This document shows, one piece after another, positions 59,409 to 64,000 of a stretch of 64,000 bases of DNA. Source of the stretch: a phage; the sequence record PZ445436.1. The stretch is one strand, 5' to 3'. The translations under genes were made by a program, and so were the position numbers. Positions within the stretch are counted from its first letter, which is position 1, and each line of letters begins with the position of its first letter. The notes beneath the pieces were generated by a model. It saw only the letters and a program-made list of their open reading frames with translations. It had not been told where the DNA came from and ran no database searches.

Positions 59409-59936
59409 TTATGCGAGTACCGTCTTTAACCGTTCTTCAAACTTCCGAAGAGTATTTTGGCGTTCAGCTCTTTGCTTTTTGTAAGTTTCAATACGCTCTG
59501 AAATGAGAGTGTATCGTTCATTTACTGATTCTTTCATAAAATCAGGAATTTCACGAGAAGCTTTAATCTCATCAAATTTATCAATAACAGCTTGCTCTTC
59601 AGCAATTAAGTTATCATACATCAAAATATCTTTCTTGATGAACTCAATATCTTCTTGAGTTACACGAGATAATTTAGATGCTTTATCCTTTTTGTACTGT
59701 TCGTTAGTATCACGAGACCAGTGTAATGTACGATTTTTATTCGTATTCTTGTAAATTTCTACAATACCAATCTCATCGATAATAACGATCCAATTCCAAT
59801 GAGATTTGTAAATTTGTCCTCCGTCAACCGTGATTTCACCTCCGATTGAGATGTCATTAAAGAACTTGCTTTGTGCTTCAGATTTAAATTTACCATCGTT
59901 GTAATTTACCAGGTTGAAAATATCTTTAGCGTTCAT
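59409..59936 (-). CDS. Hypothetical protein (175 aa; start refined to MNAKDIF...)
   Basis: ATG 59934-59936 after GGAGGAACACAAA; track extension is promoter read-through. Confidence 0.5.
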   Translation of the reverse strand: MNAKDIFNLVNYNDGKFKSEAQSKFFNDISIGGEITVDGGQIYKSHWNWIVIIDEIGIVEIYKNTNKNRTLHWSRDTNEQYKKDKASKLSRVTQEDIEFIKKDILMYDNLIAEEQAVIDKFDEIKASREIPDFMKESVNERYTLISERIETYKKQRAERQNTLRKFEERLKTVLA

Positions 59937-59962
59937 TTTGTGTTCCTCCGTAGTTGATAGTT

Positions 59963-59996
59963 GTATAGTACCACAGAGGAACGGTCTTGTAAACAA
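59963..59996 (-). promoter_or_regulatory. Early promoter
   Basis: GTTTAC (59989-59994), 18 bp, TGG-TACTAT (59965-59970), conserved leader. Confidence 0.55.
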
Positions 59997-60311
59997 CTAA
60001 AAGAAACTTCTTTCACAATTTTTTCCACTGAACCACGCACTCACTGCTTTCTTAGTCTCAGGAGCAGTGTTATCCATAAACCATTCAAAGGCAGCCTTTT
60101 TATGATTCTGGAGGGCTTCTCGGGCTTTAATCTGCTCACGGTCTATTAACACTAACATATGAGCCTTTCTTGTCACCAGGGGCTTCTTATGATTTTTTGA
60201 ATACTCCCAATCATTTGTCCATCGCATCGTTGTTGCGAATTGAAGTACAGCTTCCTTAATCTTAGTTTCGTAAATTTCACGAGCCTTTGAGTATAACATC
60301 ACTACCTCCAT
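59997..60311 (-). CDS. Hypothetical protein (104 aa)
   Basis: ORF track. Confidence 0.45.
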   Translation of the reverse strand: MEVVMLYSKAREIYETKIKEAVLQFATTMRWTNDWEYSKNHKKPLVTRKAHMLVLIDREQIKAREALQNHKKAAFEWFMDNTAPETKKAVSAWFSGKNCERSFF

Positions 60312-60400
60312 TTACCAGTTTAATTCTAATCATCTTTTTGATGGCAGTCCATATAATCTATTTCTGAACTGCCTTTTTGTCATAGAAGGCCTCTTATGAA

Positions 60401-61369
60401 TTATTTCAGAAGAGTAACCTCAGCAATTTCTTCCCAACCGTTTTTGTCGGTCATAATAAAGTCAGCAAGATAAAGTGCAGTACGCAGTGAAACATTGCGT
60501 AAACGATTAACATTGACTTTCATCCATGATAATGCTTTATAAGTTTCTTCATCAGAAAGACCGCGTTTTTGCATCATGTCAGTTGAAAGAATAACATCTT
60601 CAACCCTGACCATAATTTCTTCATTAGTGTGAACACCCAAATCTAAATAAACTGAGCGGGAAACTAATGCTTGTAAATGTGGAGCAAGTTTAGTACCACG
60701 ATCTAATTCGCGGTCAATGTCAACGTTTGTGATAAAAACAATCGTTCCTTTAAATTCAAACTCACGCTCAATGCCTTTTTCTTCTAAGTAAGAAGATGCG
60801 GTGCTCCAGCAGACTTTACGGGTCTCTCCGGTGTCAAGAGCAGCTTTCAGAAGATTAAGAATGTCCATATCAGAGAAAACATCCACATCATCAATCAAAA
60901 GGACAGAATTCTCTTCACGATTATTCCAAAGCTGTTCATAAAGACCGATACCGGAGATTTTACCGTTAATGCTTTTATATTCAATGTATCCAATATCATT
61001 TGCTTTATTTAAAGCTTTATCTAAAGAATACGTTTTACCAATACCCGCCGCACCAGAGATAATTAATGAACGAATATTTCCATTAATAATACCATTCGTC
61101 ATCATTCCCATAACATTAAATCTTTTATTAATGCGGGTTTTCATATCTTCATACGATTCTTTAACTTCTTCAACTTTTACACCATCATATGAAATGTCTG
61201 ATTTGTAAACCCAAACACCGCGACGCTTACCGTCAATTTCAACAAAAACTTTACCATCTCCTTGTGCATCTACCGGAGCATTATCTGGAAACCATTCGCC
61301 TAAGAGCTCAAAAGTTCCAGAGATTTCTTTACCGAAGTAGATACCCTTATTGATAGTTACAGTTTTCAT
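60401..61369 (-). CDS. P-loop NTPase (AAA-like ATPase), 322 aa
   Basis: Walker A GAAGIGKT and Walker B-like LLIDDVD. Confidence 0.55.
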   Translation of the reverse strand: MKTVTINKGIYFGKEISGTFELLGEWFPDNAPVDAQGDGKVFVEIDGKRRGVWVYKSDISYDGVKVEEVKESYEDMKTRINKRFNVMGMMTNGIINGNIRSLIISGAAGIGKTYSLDKALNKANDIGYIEYKSINGKISGIGLYEQLWNNREENSVLLIDDVDVFSDMDILNLLKAALDTGETRKVCWSTASSYLEEKGIEREFEFKGTIVFITNVDIDRELDRGTKLAPHLQALVSRSVYLDLGVHTNEEIMVRVEDVILSTDMMQKRGLSDEETYKALSWMKVNVNRLRNVSLRTALYLADFIMTDKNGWEEIAEVTLLK

Positions 61370-61426
61370 TTTATTCTCCTTTGATTTGATAGGACTACTA
61401 TAACATAGTCCTATCAGTTTGTATAC

Positions 61427-61627
61427 TTATTTTGACATTTCTTCGATGTCACGACGATACCCGTCACGAACTTCACGAAGAGCTTCAAGGCCACACATAG
61501 GCTCGATACCTGTAATGTGAACTTGATTAATCTGATACTCTACATCTTCTAACTGAGCGAAAACATAACGACGTTCAGCTGCACAACCAGATTTAGCTTT
61601 ACCGAAACGTTTATTCAAAGTAGTCAT
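61427..61627 (-). CDS. Hypothetical protein (66 aa)
   Basis: ORF track; early promoter upstream. Confidence 0.4.
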   Translation of the reverse strand: MTTLNKRFGKAKSGCAAERRYVFAQLEDVEYQINQVHITGIEPMCGLEALREVRDGYRRDIEEMSK

Positions 61628-61663
61628 TTTGTATCTCCAATTTACTCATTTGTTTTGATAGGT

Positions 61664-61697
61664 CTATAGTATCAACAACTACAGACCATGTAAACCG
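61664..61697 (-). promoter_or_regulatory. Early promoter
   Basis: GTTTAC (61690-61695), 18 bp, TACTAT (61666-61671). Confidence 0.55.
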
Positions 61698-61714
61698 TTT
61701 TGTGAAAAATTTTT

Positions 61715-61745
61715 GAAATAAAAAAGGGAGCCCGAAGGCTCCCTA
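61715..61745 (-). terminator. Intrinsic terminator
   Basis: GGGAGCC-CGAA-GGCTCCC stem (61726-61743) followed on minus strand by UUUUUU. Confidence 0.55.
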
Positions 61746-62759
61746 TCATTTATAATAACTTCGGTGGTTTTCAAGATAGACCTTCTCAAGGAAGTCATCC
61801 CAGAAACTCATGTCTACTGTTTTAGGCATACCGTTCTTAGAAGCTTCAGTAGATGCTGCTTCTACTTGATCGACCACATCTTCCAAAAACTCTTGAACTG
61901 TTTTAAATGGATGTTTACCCAACTTCACGTCGAGAATAAATGGAGCATCTTGAAGTGGATAGACTAAGTCACCAGTTTTGTAAATTTCCAATAGTTGGAG
62001 TCCACCACGACAAGCATGACTCAAAGCTTTCCAGTCAATACCTTCATTGGCTTCAGCCTTACGAGCACGTTCACCGTATTCAGCATCTAATTTGTTCAGT
62101 GACTGCTTAAGCTCAATAAGAGAAAGCGTTGTCTGATATTTACGACCCAACACTGTGTAAAACGTCTGTGGGCCTGTTTTCTCATGATTATGGAACACCC
62201 ATTCACAGAATTCGTTTTCTGGAAGACGATGCTTAATATCTTCAACTTTAGTACGACGCTGCTTAATGGAACCGTCTTCTTGGTAATCAACCCATTGCTC
62301 AGGGATTTGATTAACTACTTTCAATACATCGCGTAATGCAGCCAAACGAGAACCCTTGACACCGTATTTAGAAGCTTGCTTGCGGACATATCCTAAATAG
62401 GATTTCATGTTAGTCGTATAAAAACGAGAACGGTTGTCTTGAATAAACTTCCACACATCAGGCAAATCAGATTTAACCACTAGTTCAGGTGGAGTATGAA
62501 GCATATCCAATGCTACAGTTTCACCATCTGCTGCTAATTTAAAGAAATATTTAAGACTGTATAGTTCATGGTCAATATCATCTTTAGTGTTTTTAGATGA
62601 TGTGTTGTTAGTGTTTTTACTCATGTGCTCTTTGACATTTCCGATAAGAATATCACGAGCAGGAGGAACAAAAATTTCTTTAAAATCTACATCAGATTCT
62701 GGGGTAGAAGTTCCATAAAGATGACTACCAAAATAGCTTTTCATTACTGTTTTCATCAT
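61746..62759 (-). CDS. Putative nucleotidyltransferase-fold protein (Pol-beta superfamily-like), 337 aa
   Basis: N-terminal GS-x10-DVD motif (GSHLYGTSTPESDVDF) with a later acidic residue; fold assignment by motif only. Confidence 0.45.
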   Translation of the reverse strand: MMKTVMKSYFGSHLYGTSTPESDVDFKEIFVPPARDILIGNVKEHMSKNTNNTSSKNTKDDIDHELYSLKYFFKLAADGETVALDMLHTPPELVVKSDLPDVWKFIQDNRSRFYTTNMKSYLGYVRKQASKYGVKGSRLAALRDVLKVVNQIPEQWVDYQEDGSIKQRRTKVEDIKHRLPENEFCEWVFHNHEKTGPQTFYTVLGRKYQTTLSLIELKQSLNKLDAEYGERARKAEANEGIDWKALSHACRGGLQLLEIYKTGDLVYPLQDAPFILDVKLGKHPFKTVQEFLEDVVDQVEAASTEASKNGMPKTVDMSFWDDFLEKVYLENHRSYYK

Positions 62760-63217
62760 TCAGCCTTATATTCAATAACAGGACATACTTTAGCTTTACG
62801 AGCTTTTAAAAATTCAACGATAATCGATTTCTTGGGTTGAATAGGAGGTAAACCTTTATACGCCCTATCAATATTTTCTATGTGTAAAGCATAATCCTTT
62901 TTCCATTTATAATCTTTATATTTTTCATGCAAATGTGCAGGAATAACAAATGAACCGATAATAAGTAAAACAACCAAAAGCGCAAGTATAAATGCTGATG
63001 GAAGAAGAGTCCATAAACTACCGAAAATAAGCCAACGTTGTAGGCTTTCTGCACAAATAATTGTTAGCCCTACGAGTATAGCACATCCAAAAATAGAAAC
63101 GAAAAATGTAGGAATGGCAATAGACCAAAAATATGCGCATAGTGTCTTAGGTCGTTGCCATTCATCGTTAAACAATTTGAATAATTTATAGTGCCAAGCG
63201 TTTTCATTAATAATCAT
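62756..63217 (-). CDS. Membrane protein (153 aa)
   Basis: ORF track; several hydrophobic segments. Confidence 0.45.
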   Translation of the reverse strand: MIINENAWHYKLFKLFNDEWQRPKTLCAYFWSIAIPTFFVSIFGCAILVGLTIICAESLQRWLIFGSLWTLLPSAFILALLVVLLIIGSFVIPAHLHEKYKDYKWKKDYALHIENIDRAYKGLPPIQPKKSIIVEFLKARKAKVCPVIEYKAE

Positions 63218-63219
63218 AA

Positions 63220-63741
63220 TTATCCTTTCATTGAAGGCGTAACAGTTGTTAAATACTTAATCATAGCTTCAGCTTCTGATTTTGATAATGAAATTTCTCC
63301 ATTGTTTTGACGAATAGAAATAAAATCCGGATGACGGTCACCACCAGCTTTTAAAACACACATATAAGTATCAACTTCATCTTCAATATTTGAAATGATT
63401 GAAGCAGTTCCACATGAATGCGGTTTTTGATAAATCAATGCAGCTTTTCTTCCGCCATTTGACTGTTCATAAACTTTTAATACATCAAACAAATCACTTC
63501 TTTTATCAATAGCTAAAATGTTATTTTCATCTTCAATGTTAAATCCTTCGGATACTTCATAAAGTGTCACCCATAAATCGCCAATATCAATAACAGCGTT
63601 CACTTTTCCATGACTTTCAAGAGCATGACAAATTTTCTTGATTTCGTCATAACTCATTTTAATAATATCATCTCCTTGAATAAGAAAGATGTCATTTTTA
63701 AATTCAACACGAATTAAACCACTTCCACTTGAAATAAACAT
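63220..63741 (-). CDS. Hypothetical protein (173 aa)
   Basis: ORF track; SD GTGAGGAAAT. Confidence 0.45.
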   Translation of the reverse strand: MFISSGSGLIRVEFKNDIFLIQGDDIIKMSYDEIKKICHALESHGKVNAVIDIGDLWVTLYEVSEGFNIEDENNILAIDKRSDLFDVLKVYEQSNGGRKAALIYQKPHSCGTASIISNIEDEVDTYMCVLKAGGDRHPDFISIRQNNGEISLSKSEAEAMIKYLTTVTPSMKG

Positions 63742-63747
63742 ATTTCC

Positions 63748-64000
63748 TCACTTTGAAATCATAGTTGGAATGACAGAATCAAGATAAGTCTTTAGCGCAA
63801 TAGCTTCGTCTTTGGTAAATGTGACAATATGTGCTCGAGAATCATCATTTTGGCGAACAAGTACGACATCGCCATCTTCATAAGAAGTCTTGACATCCAA
63901 AGTCGTAGTATAGTTTGCAGCTACTGGATTAATAATGTTAGCACCGCGATCTTTAGCCCATTGAAGTTTAGCCTTTTCGGGTGTTTCGACTGTTTCAGAT
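63748..64000 (-). CDS. Hypothetical protein, C-terminal 84 codons (5' end lies beyond the window)
   Basis: Open minus-strand frame from the window edge to TGA at 63748-63750. Confidence 0.4.
   Translation of the reverse strand, partial: SETVETPEKAKLQWAKDRGANIINPVAANYTTTLDVKTSYEDGDVVLVRQNDDSRAHIVTFTKDEAIALKTYLDSVIPTMISK

Noticed and set aside
59937-59996. N-terminal extensions of several track ORFs (59409..59996, 5513..5761, 5870..6226, 4458..4964, 15426..15977, 55964..56995)
   Set aside because: The extra codons translate the conserved promoter/leader element; the real starts are the internal ATGs directly after a GGAGGA-type SD
200-61700. Repeated 40-60 bp elements as a possible CRISPR array or repeat family
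   Set aside because: Copies are 0.3-5 kb apart, always sit immediately upstream of a gene start and contain -35/-10 hexamers; they are promoters, not CRISPR repeats
1-64000. tRNA or other structured RNA genes
   Set aside because: No cloverleaf-like GC-rich 70-90 nt segments noticed; the intergenic hairpins are short UUCG/GAAG-loop stems consistent with terminators

Overview
This window reads as a contiguous stretch of a T-even (T4-like) coliphage genome: AT-rich, densely packed, with essentially every gene on the minus strand. It spans the early/middle replication and host-takeover region in T4 order: asiA (partial), motA, gene 52, ac, ndd, denB, rIIB, rIIA, gene 39, dexA, dda, modA/modB, 61, 41, uvsX, 42, imm, 43, regA, 62, 44, 45, rpbA, 46, 47, alpha-gt, 55, nrdG, nrdD, 49, pin, nrdC. 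Identifications rest on ORF lengths and protein sequences recalled from T4; no database search was possible. Features that differ from T4 point to a T2/T6-like relative: an unsplit 606-aa topoisomerase large subunit, a GT-A glycosyltransferase where T4 has beta-gt, an intron-less nrdD, and different homing-endonuclease insertions. Intergenic regions carry a repeated family of sigma70-type early promoters (GTTTAC -35, 18-bp spacer, TATAAT/TACTAT -10, conserved leader), candidate MotA-box middle promoters and GC-rich UUCG-type hairpins. I found no rRNA, tRNA or CRISPR. No single clearly novel system stands out; the most interesting material is accessory ORFs in variable slots (between 41 and 61, between nrdD and nrdG, between 47 and alpha-gt, and the right-hand end with a nucleotidyltransferase-fold gene beside a P-loop ATPase).
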